Below, one piece after another: positions 23,736 to 31,920 of a DNA stretch of 32,000 nt (positions are counted from its first letter, which is position 1; the number at the start of each line of letters is the position of its first letter). The notes beneath the pieces are model-generated. The model worked only from the letters and a program-made list of their open reading frames with translations, was not told the origin of the DNA and made no database searches. This stretch comes from Ignavibacteriota bacterium (lineage in GTDB: Bacteria > Bacteroidota > Ignavibacteria > Palsa-1295). The DNA is taken from contig CAWBEI010000002.1 of NCBI GenBank assembly GCA_963787835.1, positions 335,690 to 367,689 of the forward strand, written 5' to 3'. The position numbers and the translations under genes are program-made.

Positions 23736-25482
23736 CGCTTCCTTCGTGGTCGTCGATGTGGAAACGACGGGATTAAATGCCGCACAGCACCGCATCACCG
23801 AGATAGGGCTGGTACGGATTGAATCGGGTTCCATCACGGAGTCCTTTCAATCGCTAATCAATCCGGAGCAATACATCTCGCCATTCATCACCCAGCACAC
23901 GGGAATCACGAATGCGATGGTCTATGATAAGCCGAAATTTCGGGAGATCGCGCCGGAGATCCTGAATTTTATTGCACGATCGAATGCACCGGTGCTGGTT
24001 GGACACAACGTAAAGTTCGATCACGGATTTCTTCTGGCATCCTTCGAACGCGCGGGAATTCTCTTCGAAACAATCCAAGGCCCCCTCTGCACATGCCGGC
24101 TTGCACGGCGTTTGCTGCCACAACTTGGAAGCAAATCGCTCAAGAGCGTGCAGGATCATTTCGGAATAAAGAATTCCAGGCAGCATCGCGCATTAGGGGA
24201 CGCCGAGGCTACCGCCAAGATCCTTGCGAATTTCATTGGAATGGTGGGTGACTTAGAGATCGAAACGGTCGAGGATCTTCTGCGCCTGCAATTTGCGAAA
24301 CCAAATTATGCACGCCGCAAAACCAAGCGGGAGCTTTCCTTGCGCGAGAAAGTACGTATGTTCCCGGACCGCCCCGGTGTGTATATGATGACGAGCCGAA
24401 CCGGCGATGTGCTCTACGTCGGTAAAGCGAAGAGCCTGCACGAACGCGTTGCTTCCTATTTTATGCAATCGCATACGGAAGGAACCAAGCTCACCCGAAT
24501 GATGCGCGCCGTGCAGGATATAACCTACGAAGAAACAGGCAGCGAGCTTTCTGCGCTGTTGTTGGAAAGCAAAAAGATAAAGGAGCTGAATCCGCGGTTC
24601 AATTCGCTCGATAGGCGGTACAAACCGCAAAGTTTTATCCGGCTGGATGTGCAGAACGAATTTCCGGAACTGACGTTCATTCGGGAACCCGCACCCGATG
24701 GCGCAGAATATTTCGGCCCATTTCGGTCGCGCGAGGCAGCGGAATCCCTGATGGAGATCCTGAACCATGCGTTCAAACTCCGTGAGTGCGGCGATAAATT
24801 TAAGATCGGCGCTGATGTTCGGCCCTGCTTGTACTACGAGATCGACCGGTGCAATGCACCATGCGCGCTTTTGCAAACAAAAGAATCCTATCGCGAGGAA
24901 GTAAAACGCCTGCAAGAATTCCTTGCCGCTGGAGACGAAGGAATTTTAGCGCACATCGAGGCGATGATGCGTGAGGCATCCGATAAGTTGGATTTCGAGG
25001 AAGCCCTATTCTATAAAGATCGGCTTTTTGAACTCCGCCGCGTGCTTGGCAATGGTGATAGACCCTCGGCCAGCCTTAGCGCAAATGATTTTGTCTTGAT
25101 GAACCCACTCAATGCCTCGGAATGCGAGATATATTTTGTCCGTTTCGGGCAATTGATGAAACAAATGGTTCTCGGCGCTGGGCATCTTGCCATTGCGGAG
25201 CAATGGTTCTCGCGTCAGCTTCGCATGTATTACGGTGCAACGTCCTCGTTGCCACCCTCGGCCGGCAAACCCGAGATCGACGAAATGCGCATCCTTTCCC
25301 GATGGGTAGAATCCAGCAAGAAAAAAGGTAGCCGCGTGGTGTATCTGAGCGAACCATGGGAACATTCCGTCAAGAAATTAGTCGAAGAGTTGAGATCGAT
25401 CCTTGTGGAATCACAGAAAGAATTATCACAATCACGATCGAGTCAGCGTAAGCTTCTGCTTAAGCCCATGAAAACAGCCTAA
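23722..25482 (+). CDS. DEDDh 3'-5' exonuclease (DnaQ-like) fused to a GIY-YIG / UvrC N-terminal-half nuclease (Cho-like)
   Basis: The exonuclease motifs are FVVVDVETTGL, LVGHNVKFDHGFL and HRALGDAEATAKIL. These are followed by PGVYMMTSRTGDVLYVGKAKSLHERVASYF, SELSALLLESKKIKELNPRFN and a Cys cluster (CLYYEIDRCNAPC), as in UvrC/Cho. It overlaps the upstream gene by 14 nt. Confidence 0.85.
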   Translation: MLLRDASFVVVDVETTGLNAAQHRITEIGLVRIESGSITESFQSLINPEQYISPFITQHTGITNAMVYDKPKFREIAPEILNFIARSNAPVLVGHNVKFDHGFLLASFERAGILFETIQGPLCTCRLARRLLPQLGSKSLKSVQDHFGIKNSRQHRALGDAEATAKILANFIGMVGDLEIETVEDLLRLQFAKPNYARRKTKRELSLREKVRMFPDRPGVYMMTSRTGDVLYVGKAKSLHERVASYFMQSHTEGTKLTRMMRAVQDITYEETGSELSALLLESKKIKELNPRFNSLDRRYKPQSFIRLDVQNEFPELTFIREPAPDGAEYFGPFRSREAAESLMEILNHAFKLRECGDKFKIGADVRPCLYYEIDRCNAPCALLQTKESYREEVKRLQEFLAAGDEGILAHIEAMMREASDKLDFEEALFYKDRLFELRRVLGNGDRPSASLSANDFVLMNPLNASECEIYFVRFGQLMKQMVLGAGHLAIAEQWFSRQLRMYYGATSSLPPSAGKPEIDEMRILSRWVESSKKKGSRVVYLSEPWEHSVKKLVEELRSILVESQKELSQSRSSQRKLLLKPMKTA

Positions 25483-25483
25483 T

Positions 25484-25565
25484 TGTCATTCCCGCGAAAG
25501 AGGGAATCCAGATCTTGAATGTCATCTCATTTCGGGTCTGGATTCCAGCTTTCGCGGGAATGACA
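25484..25565. repeat. 82-bp nested palindromic MITE/REP-like element (family 1, copy 2)
   Basis: TGTCATTCCCGCGAAAGAGGGAATCC ... GGATTCCAGCTTTCGCGGGAATGACA starts 2 nt after the stop codon at 25482. It has the same length and termini as 5649-5730 but a different central spacer. Confidence 0.85.
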
Positions 25566-25699
25566 TGATTGGCAAAATTTTCGTGCGACTTTAGGGCTGC
25601 TCATGTCTCTTATCTCCAAATCCGAAGAATGGTGACCGGTCATTATCCTCGGGCTAACACACACCATAGGTGCTACTTGACCATTGGTGCTAACACAGC

Positions 25700-26308
25700 A
25701 TGACACTACAGGCAGCGAGCATTTCGGCTCGCGATAGCGAGAAGCACACGCGATTCATGGCCCTATTGGAGCCGTGCCTTGCGAAGCTTTCCCGTTACTG
25801 CCATGCGATGACAAAGGATGTCGAGGATGGACGCGATCTGCTATCGGATGCGATCCTGCTGGCCTACGAGAACTTCGATAAACTTCGAGCGCCGGAAGCT
25901 TTCACGAGCTATATCTTCACCACGGCGCGCCGGTTATTTTACCGGCGCGAGCGAAGAAAAAAGTTCTGGGGAGTATTCGGAAGCGAAGCGGAAGCCATCG
26001 CAGACGAGCGGGAACCCACGCCCGAGGTGCGTATAGATCTCGAAGCGCTCGACCGCGCACTGACGCAATTACCCGAAAAACAACGCGAGGCCGTGATACT
26101 TTTCGAAATTTCCGGGCTTTCGCTCGCGGAAATTCGGAACGTGCAGGGCGGATCGCTTTCGGGTGTGAAATCGCGCATTGTACGCGGACGCGAAAAGCTG
26201 GCTGAACTGCTCGGCGAGCGACCGCTCAGGCAGACAAGGACGCCTGCTCCACGTGAGACATCTTTTGAAAGATCGCAAGTCGCTTATATGATGAGGGAGA
26301 AACTATGA
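25700..26308 (+). CDS. ECF-type RNA polymerase sigma factor (sigma-70 family, group 4)
   Basis: Region 2 reads DLLSDAILLAYENFDKLRAPEAFTSYIFTTARR. Region 4 reads LPEKQREAVILFEISGLSLAEIRNVQGGSLSGVKSRIVRGREKL. Confidence 0.85.
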   Translation: MTLQAASISARDSEKHTRFMALLEPCLAKLSRYCHAMTKDVEDGRDLLSDAILLAYENFDKLRAPEAFTSYIFTTARRLFYRRERRKKFWGVFGSEAEAIADEREPTPEVRIDLEALDRALTQLPEKQREAVILFEISGLSLAEIRNVQGGSLSGVKSRIVRGREKLAELLGERPLRQTRTPAPRETSFERSQVAYMMREKL

Positions 26309-28791
26309 AGAACGATACACTTCAACCATCCGAGAACTTAGCGAATCACTTCGCGCCTTACCGCGAGGAAGCGCCGCTGATCTCTCTTCCCGAAGTCGAA
26401 AAGCTCCTTACCGGTAGTGCCACGCTGAAAAACCACCCCCCAACCCCCTCCTTCTTTAGGAGGGGGAGTTTCTTCAACAATAGGAGAATTCTTATGACAC
26501 TCAGCGGAATCGCCGGACTTGCAACTTTCAGCTATTTTGCATTTTTTAGTAACCATTTTAATGGGACAATTGGGACTACTGCTACTAATGGGCCTAACAC
26601 AACCCAGAGGTCCTATTTGACCCAGCCGTCCCATGACCTTGCCACTGATACACGTTCGCAGCTTGCAACACCTGCAAGCACTACTGCGAAACACACTTCA
26701 CAGCTTCTCAAAACTGGCAACGTACATGGCCCCTGGAGCGCCGGCAACGACCAGTTCTACGCCGATCTCTCGCCGGAGGAATTAGCGAAGCTGGGGATTG
26801 TGGTGAATGCGGATACGGTTATAGCATATAAGTTACCACCAAATAAACCCCTCGAATCCATGCAGCTTACTGCCCATTCCATTGGAGGCGGTAACGCAAA
26901 AGCAACATTACCTGCGGGTGTCAATCCACCAAGCTTTTTCCCTGTCCTTATGACCCGTAACAACGGACACGGTGCAGCTTTCGTCATCGAAGAAAAAGGC
27001 CGAACACAGGAATGGGGAATGGTTTCAGATGATGAAGGGCAGAAAATGGTTCGGGATTGGCTACAATCACCCGGTACGCCAGGTTACTCCCCGATATGGT
27101 TCAAAACAAGTTCCTTTAAGATATCAGACACCTCCGTAGAAATCAATAAGTGGACACTCGAAGTTGGGAAAAATTTTGCTAAACCCCCAATGCCGTTCTG
27201 TGTGCCGAATATAGACGGTCTTTCGGAAAGCACAAAAGCCGCACTCATGCAACTGGCCAATTATTATTCCGGCAAAGCGGAAAAACCTGATTTCACAATG
27301 CCCAAAAATCTTTTTCTCAATGTGGATACTGTTACGCCACAAAATATGCTGGATGAAATCGACAGCGAAGAAAATGATGCTACCATGACGCATCTTCGTT
27401 CAACAATGGCGCGCTTAAATGAACTTGTTCCTGTCATTGTTCGGCCCAAAGGCGGTTCCGGTGCGCCTGACACAAACGATTTCATCTTTTGGTACGAGCC
27501 AAGCGAAGCACTATTCAATGCACTGCCGCCAGCACAAGCAGTAATATTCCGAGAGAAGTTGAATACACCCCCGCATTGCATGACATCACCAAATGCCGTA
27601 CTGACGAGCGCGGAGGTTACCTTTTGCGTAGATCATCCACAAACTGTTCATATCACCGTGCGCGACCTGACCGGAAAGGATCGTATCAGTTGGGACAAAG
27701 CCGCAATTACTGGGGACAACGTCGATACATTCAGCACGGCGACTTTGGCTTCCGGCATGTATCTCGTCACTGTAAAAGATGACGATGGGAACGAACGCAC
27801 CCGCCGCATGTGGATAGAGAATACACATCCGAAGGAGCCGGGATGGGAATATGAGAATATGAAACCCGACGCAGAGCATGCAATGGAAACATTCTCTACG
27901 TTTGGAGGAGATACCACAGATAATATTCAAAAAGCGATTCTTAATATCACCTGCATCGTTATGGATAACGAAAAGCTTGCAAGTATTGGCATCGAAAACA
28001 ATGATAGCCTTGCTGCATTCTACCATTCGACTACCAAAGCTGGAACTGTAGATTATGTCGGTGTTCTCCGGAATTCAAAAGTCAAATCATTATCAAAGGA
28101 CCCAATAATAGATGGAGTTAAGCCAAAATTTCTCCAGCTAAATGATATTACATCCGTGACCGTACCAACATTCCATCCATTGTTCGTTACAGATGGCCGT
28201 GGAGTTAAAAGACTTTTCATGACTGATTTTTCCAACATACCAACATTCGATGCCGCCGAAAATCTTCGAAAGATTCACGAAATGAATAAGAAGTTCGATG
28301 AAGCTGACCAACTCATCCCCATCCTACTTCGGGCCGATAATTCTTCCGATTCCGTCGGCTCTCGCGACCTCATCTTCTGGTACAAACCTACGCCGGAGTT
28401 CCTTGCGGCACTTCCGGATTCCGAGCGAGCGGTTGCGCAAATGATGTCAAGCGGTACGAACAATCCTCCGGCTTCGGCAACCGATGTACACGGTGCAATC
28501 CAGGAAGCTATTGCCTATCCAAATCCCTCGCATGGGAAGTTCAACGTCAACGTGACATTAAACGCCAAGCGCACGATCACGATCACACTTCGGAACTTGC
28601 TCGGCCAAGAGGCTGCCCCACCTGTTCAAACTTATCAAATGGGAATGTCCGCTACACCCAATAGCGTGACATATACCTACTCACCGTGGCCAACGCTCGA
28701 TTTCAGCTCTGTACCAGAGGGCGTGTATCTCCTCGATATTTCCTCCGATCAGGGCGAACGATATATCGAGCGGGTGGTGATTGCGCATTGA
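26305..28791 (+). CDS. 828-aa single-pass membrane protein coupled to the ECF sigma gene (putative anti-sigma/sensor partner), with an internally duplicated ectodomain and two T9SS-CTD-like beta-sandwich modules
   Basis: Its ATG overlaps the sigma stop (ATGA). A TM segment spans aa 62-81 (ILMTLSGIAGLATFSYFAFF). Two homologous modules cover about aa 150-505 and 545-828, e.g. LVPVIVRPKGGSGAPDTNDFIFWYEPSEALFNALP versus LIPILLRADNSSDSVGSRDLIFWYKPTPEFLAALP. Each module ends in a CTD-like segment (GMYLVTVKDDDGNERTRRMWIE; YPNPSHGKFNV...GVYLLDISSDQGERYIERVVI). Confidence 0.7.
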   Translation: MKNDTLQPSENLANHFAPYREEAPLISLPEVEKLLTGSATLKNHPPTPSFFRRGSFFNNRRILMTLSGIAGLATFSYFAFFSNHFNGTIGTTATNGPNTTQRSYLTQPSHDLATDTRSQLATPASTTAKHTSQLLKTGNVHGPWSAGNDQFYADLSPEELAKLGIVVNADTVIAYKLPPNKPLESMQLTAHSIGGGNAKATLPAGVNPPSFFPVLMTRNNGHGAAFVIEEKGRTQEWGMVSDDEGQKMVRDWLQSPGTPGYSPIWFKTSSFKISDTSVEINKWTLEVGKNFAKPPMPFCVPNIDGLSESTKAALMQLANYYSGKAEKPDFTMPKNLFLNVDTVTPQNMLDEIDSEENDATMTHLRSTMARLNELVPVIVRPKGGSGAPDTNDFIFWYEPSEALFNALPPAQAVIFREKLNTPPHCMTSPNAVLTSAEVTFCVDHPQTVHITVRDLTGKDRISWDKAAITGDNVDTFSTATLASGMYLVTVKDDDGNERTRRMWIENTHPKEPGWEYENMKPDAEHAMETFSTFGGDTTDNIQKAILNITCIVMDNEKLASIGIENNDSLAAFYHSTTKAGTVDYVGVLRNSKVKSLSKDPIIDGVKPKFLQLNDITSVTVPTFHPLFVTDGRGVKRLFMTDFSNIPTFDAAENLRKIHEMNKKFDEADQLIPILLRADNSSDSVGSRDLIFWYKPTPEFLAALPDSERAVAQMMSSGTNNPPASATDVHGAIQEAIAYPNPSHGKFNVNVTLNAKRTITITLRNLLGQEAAPPVQTYQMGMSATPNSVTYTYSPWPTLDFSSVPEGVYLLDISSDQGERYIERVVIAH
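26432..26467. repeat. G/C-tract palindromic repeat (family 2, copy inside a CDS)
   Basis: ACCACCCCCCAACCCCCTCCTTCTTTAGGAGGGGGA matches 18321-18356 apart from one flank base and the loop. Here it is translated in frame as NHPPTPSFFRRG, just before the TM segment. Confidence 0.8.
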
Positions 28792-28812
28792 GATTATCCG
28801 GCGTTTGATTAC

Positions 28813-28939
28813 GTCATTGCGAGGAGAATCAAACGACCGGAGGGAGTTTGATTCGACGAAGCAATCTCAAACTTGCAGCGAAGAGATTGCTTCGTCAGAA
28901 TCACTCCGCTATCGCTGCGTGATTCCTCCTCGCAATGAC
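28813..28939. repeat. 127-bp nested palindromic element (family 3)
   Basis: The outer arms are GTCATTGCGAGGAGAATCA and TGATTCCTCCTCGCAATGAC. The inner palindrome is CGACGAAGCAATCTC-(14 nt)-GAGATTGCTTCGTC. It starts 22 nt after the stop at 28791. Confidence 0.8.
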
Positions 28940-28955
28940 ATTAAAATAAACAAAA

Positions 28956-28987
28956 GCGCACCCGCCATTGCGGCGGGTGCGCTTTTT
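28956..28987. terminator. bidirectional rho-independent terminator
   Basis: GCGCACCCGCC-ATTGC-GGCGGGTGCGC hairpin flanked by AAAA and TTTTT. It lies between convergent genes ending at 28791 (+) and 29009 (-). Confidence 0.8.
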
Positions 28988-29008
28988 ATATCTCAACAAC
29001 GATGATTG

Positions 29009-29359
29009 TTAATGTGCCATCGGTGCGCGGCCACCACGCCCACGGCCGGGTGCTCCCCAATGTCCATCGACGAAGCCGTAACGTCCGCCCCGGCGCGGGT
29101 AGCGCGGCCCATACCAAACGTATCCGGGATGCGGCGGGCGTTCCCAGCGTCCGGGAACCCAGATATAAGCCCCGGCGGCATAGTCCCACCGGTGATACCC
29201 GGCGATCCATACCCCATCGGGATAGGGCGCGGCAACAACGACTTCGTGACGCGGCGGCGGCGGGCCGATGTGAATATCGAAACTGACCTGCGCGAACGCA
29301 GGCGCAGCGGGCGTCAACGCTGCCAACGCTAAGAGCCCGCAAAAACTGATGACTTTCAT
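29009..29359 (-). CDS. small secreted YXWGXW-repeat-type protein
   Basis: It has a signal peptide (MKVISFCGLLALAALTPAAPAFA) and Trp/Gly/Pro/Arg-rich repeats (GVWIAGYHRW, GAYIWVPGRWERPP, PGYVWYGPRY, GFVDGHWG). The ORF is open to 29371. Mirror ORFs on the + strand are artefacts of the high-GC composition. Confidence 0.7.
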   Translation of the reverse strand: MKVISFCGLLALAALTPAAPAFAQVSFDIHIGPPPPRHEVVVAAPYPDGVWIAGYHRWDYAAGAYIWVPGRWERPPHPGYVWYGPRYPRRGGRYGFVDGHWGAPGRGRGGRAPMAH

Positions 29360-29767
29360 TACATTACGCATGTGGTGTCTCCTTTTAAATTGTTTGTCTA
29401 ATGATTAGATGTCTATTCATACGCAAAACGTTTAAAGAGTTATGCAAAAACGAGGCCGAATTAGATTAATTGTTCTTAAGAAAACCGGGGTGATCTTCTT
29501 GACCCAAATTCCACCAAAAAAAATCATTTTCTCCCGCCGCTAATTAAAGTTCATAGAATTTGGTTTGCATTAATTCTATATTCCGCAGCCTGCTCCGGAA
29601 GCTCGCCAAAGGCAGCTTGCCAAAATGGGCTTCGGGAGATGCCAGGCGGATGTGCCCCAAGCGCACAATGGATTTGGATCATCGATGATAGATCATGGAT
29701 CATCCTCCGAGGCCCGCTATTCATACGGCATTATCCCATGCGGAGCACATTAGCACCTTAATACTAC

Positions 29768-31822
29768 ATGCAGGAAGAATTGCAATCAGAAGAACAACCG
29801 GTTAGTCCGGAAGAACAACCGATCACTCGGGAAGAACAACCGGTTACTCCGGAAGAACAGTCGGCCACTCCGGATACCATTCCACCTGGCGACCAAACAG
29901 CCGATCCAGCAGGCACACCATCCGATCCAGCCGCTACGCGAGCGCCAGCGGCTACCGCAAGCAGCTACCGTGATATTATAGCGGAACGTCTGGCCCGGCA
30001 AGCATCCTCCGCGATGCGCGGCGAACCCGAGACATCCCCGCACAGTCCAATGGCACATTCCTCGGACGTCGAGCCGACGCATAGGCCTACCTCAGCTTCG
30101 GAAGAAACGACGCCCGGGCTCCAGCAGCCTCTTGAACCAAGAGGCGGACAGATGGAGCTTCAAAACAATGAATCCAATGAGAGCGCCGTGAAGGAAGCCG
30201 GCGATGCAGGACTTTCAGGCCGCGAACGTGCGAGAATTCGGCAGCAGGAACGCGCTGCCCTTCGGAAACAAGGTGGGCGCCCGAGCGCACCACGCGAGGA
30301 AGCAACCGAAGATCAGGAACCAGTTTTATCGGAAGAAGCGCCTGTTGAATCTGCTGCAGAAGCACAAGCACGAAAAGATATTATCGCGGAACGCATGGCC
30401 CGCAGAGGCGGCGATCGGGAGAACAGGCGCCCAGAACGAAACCGCGAGGATCGTCCAGGTGGAGAGGAACGCCCACGTGAAGAAGGACGAAACCGCCGAG
30501 AGGAGCCTCGCCGGGAACCACAACCTCGTGAAGAAGCCCCACGCGAACGTTCGCGCGATGCCGCTGTAAAGCCCCGAACGGAATCGGTTCCCGAAGGACT
30601 TACGCTCCGCTCTGCACAGTCTGCCCCAAAGACCATAGAAGAACCCCGCCGCCGCGAACAGGGTGGCCCACGTCCCCCGATCGATCGTCCGGCGACCGAT
30701 CGGCAACCACGATCCGAAGCGCCTCGCACCGGTGAAAAGGGCTTGGATGCTGCACATGCGCTGGCAGGAAAATTAGGAATTTCCGTTGTGGTGCCACTCT
30801 TTAACGAGCAGGATTCCCTTCGTGAACTGACCGCTTCGCTCAAGCAACAACTGATGCGTCTGGCCGGACCGAAATACGAGATCCTCTATATCAACGATGG
30901 CTCGACCGACCGGTCGGGCGAGATCCTGCAGGACATCCTTGCTACAAGTTCCCGCATCAGCGTCATTACATTCCGGCGCAATCTCGGAAAATCAGCGGCG
31001 CTCGCGGCAGGATTTACCGAGGCCCAATATGGTATTGTTATCACGCTGGATGCTGACTTGCAGGACGACCCACAGGAATTCGTCAACTTGGTCGCAAAAC
31101 TTGCGGAGGGCTATGACCTCGTCAGTGGCTGGAAGAAACAGCGCCACGACCCGATGTCAAAAACAGGCCCAAGTAAATTCTTCAACTGGGTCACGGGAAT
31201 TTTTAGCGGCATCAAGCTTCACGATTTCAATTGCGGCCTCAAGGCTTACCGCAAAGAAGTGACCGAAAGCCTTCAGGTCTATGGCGAACTGCACCGGTAT
31301 CTGCCGGCGCTTGCGTATTGGCAGGGGTTCCGTGTTTCGGAGATCCCGGTCACGCATCATCCACGCAAGTTCGGGAAATCGAAGTTCGGTTCGAGCCGCT
31401 TCTTCAAGGGTTTTCTCGATCTGCTCAGCATCGTGTTCACGAATCGCTACGGCAAACGCCCGCTGCACCTGTTTGGCACCATAGGTACGCTCATGGCCAT
31501 TGCCGGATTTATTATTGACATCTGGCTAACCGTTGAATGGGCGCTTGGGCTTACATCGCTCTCGAATCGTCCGATCCTTCTGCTGGGCTTGCTGCTGATC
31601 TTAGTAGGCGTACAGCTTATTTCGATCGGGCTATTAGGCGAGATGATCGTAAAGAATGTGGCATCGAAGGCGCCGCTGAACTACCAGAAAGAAAAAGGCA
31701 AACCCTCCGCCGAAGCGCGCGAGCGCCGTGCCTCGCGAATGAATGCTCGCGGCCCAAGACCACCTCGTCCTGATGGACGCCCACCGCGACCGGAACAACG
31801 CTCGCCTCAACGCCGTCCTTAA
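29768..31822 (+). CDS. membrane GT2 glycosyltransferase (polyprenol-phosphate sugar transferase-like) with a long low-complexity N-terminal extension and a basic Pro/Arg tail
   Basis: The GT2 core starts near aa 337 (ISVVVPLFNEQDSL...YINDGSTDRS...ITLDADLQDDP...) and is followed by two C-terminal TM helices. The upstream 325 codons are Glu/Arg/Pro-rich. An alternative in-frame TTG at 30743 would give a conventional ~360-aa enzyme. Confidence 0.7.
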   Translation: MQEELQSEEQPVSPEEQPITREEQPVTPEEQSATPDTIPPGDQTADPAGTPSDPAATRAPAATASSYRDIIAERLARQASSAMRGEPETSPHSPMAHSSDVEPTHRPTSASEETTPGLQQPLEPRGGQMELQNNESNESAVKEAGDAGLSGRERARIRQQERAALRKQGGRPSAPREEATEDQEPVLSEEAPVESAAEAQARKDIIAERMARRGGDRENRRPERNREDRPGGEERPREEGRNRREEPRREPQPREEAPRERSRDAAVKPRTESVPEGLTLRSAQSAPKTIEEPRRREQGGPRPPIDRPATDRQPRSEAPRTGEKGLDAAHALAGKLGISVVVPLFNEQDSLRELTASLKQQLMRLAGPKYEILYINDGSTDRSGEILQDILATSSRISVITFRRNLGKSAALAAGFTEAQYGIVITLDADLQDDPQEFVNLVAKLAEGYDLVSGWKKQRHDPMSKTGPSKFFNWVTGIFSGIKLHDFNCGLKAYRKEVTESLQVYGELHRYLPALAYWQGFRVSEIPVTHHPRKFGKSKFGSSRFFKGFLDLLSIVFTNRYGKRPLHLFGTIGTLMAIAGFIIDIWLTVEWALGLTSLSNRPILLLGLLLILVGVQLISIGLLGEMIVKNVASKAPLNYQKEKGKPSAEARERRASRMNARGPRPPRPDGRPPRPEQRSPQRRP
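29789..29872 (+). repeat. four tandem 21-nt repeats (7-aa period EEQP-V/I-S/T-P/R)
   Basis: The four units are GAAGAACAACCGGTTAGTCCG, GAAGAACAACCGATCACTCGG, GAAGAACAACCGGTTACTCCG and GAAGAACAGTCGGCCACTCCG. They are in frame with the long ORF. Confidence 0.85.
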
Positions 31823-31886
31823 TTAAGAATTAATAAGTAAGAATTAAGAGTTGAGGGAATTGATTACATGCAATAGGCTTTTGGGA

Positions 31887-31920
31887 ACGAGGAGTTTTTT
31901 CCTCGTCTAATTCTTAATTC
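31887..31920 (+). terminator. rho-independent terminator after the GT2 gene
   Basis: ACGAGG-AGTTTTTT-CCTCGT hairpin followed by a T-rich tract. It is embedded in a longer AT-rich inverted repeat (AAGTAAGAATTAAGA at 31835-31849 and its complement at 31919-31933). Confidence 0.6.

Noticed and set aside
25640-25699. Direct repeat GGTGCTA(C/A) / GCTAACAC upstream of the ECF sigma gene as an autoregulated ECF promoter
   Set aside because: The repeats are short, and I could not fit a GAAC-N16-17-CGTC-type ECF promoter. It is not supportable from sequence alone.
29002-29342. Several + and - strand ORFs (94, 108, 118 and 81 aa) overlapping 29009-29371
   Set aside because: Only the - strand frame with a signal peptide and W/G/P repeats looks like a protein. 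The others result from the stop-poor, GC-rich repeat sequence.
29590-29630. SRP (4.5S) RNA-like string TCCGGAAG...GCCAAAGGCAG
   Set aside because: It resembles the E. coli domain IV sequence superficially. However, the bases flanking GGAA cannot form the required closing helix, and no complementary 3' strand is present.
30087-30843. Long ORFs on the - strand and in another + frame within the GT2 N-terminal extension
   Set aside because: The region lacks stop codons in all frames because of its purine/GC-rich, low-complexity composition. None has a recognisable start context or motif.
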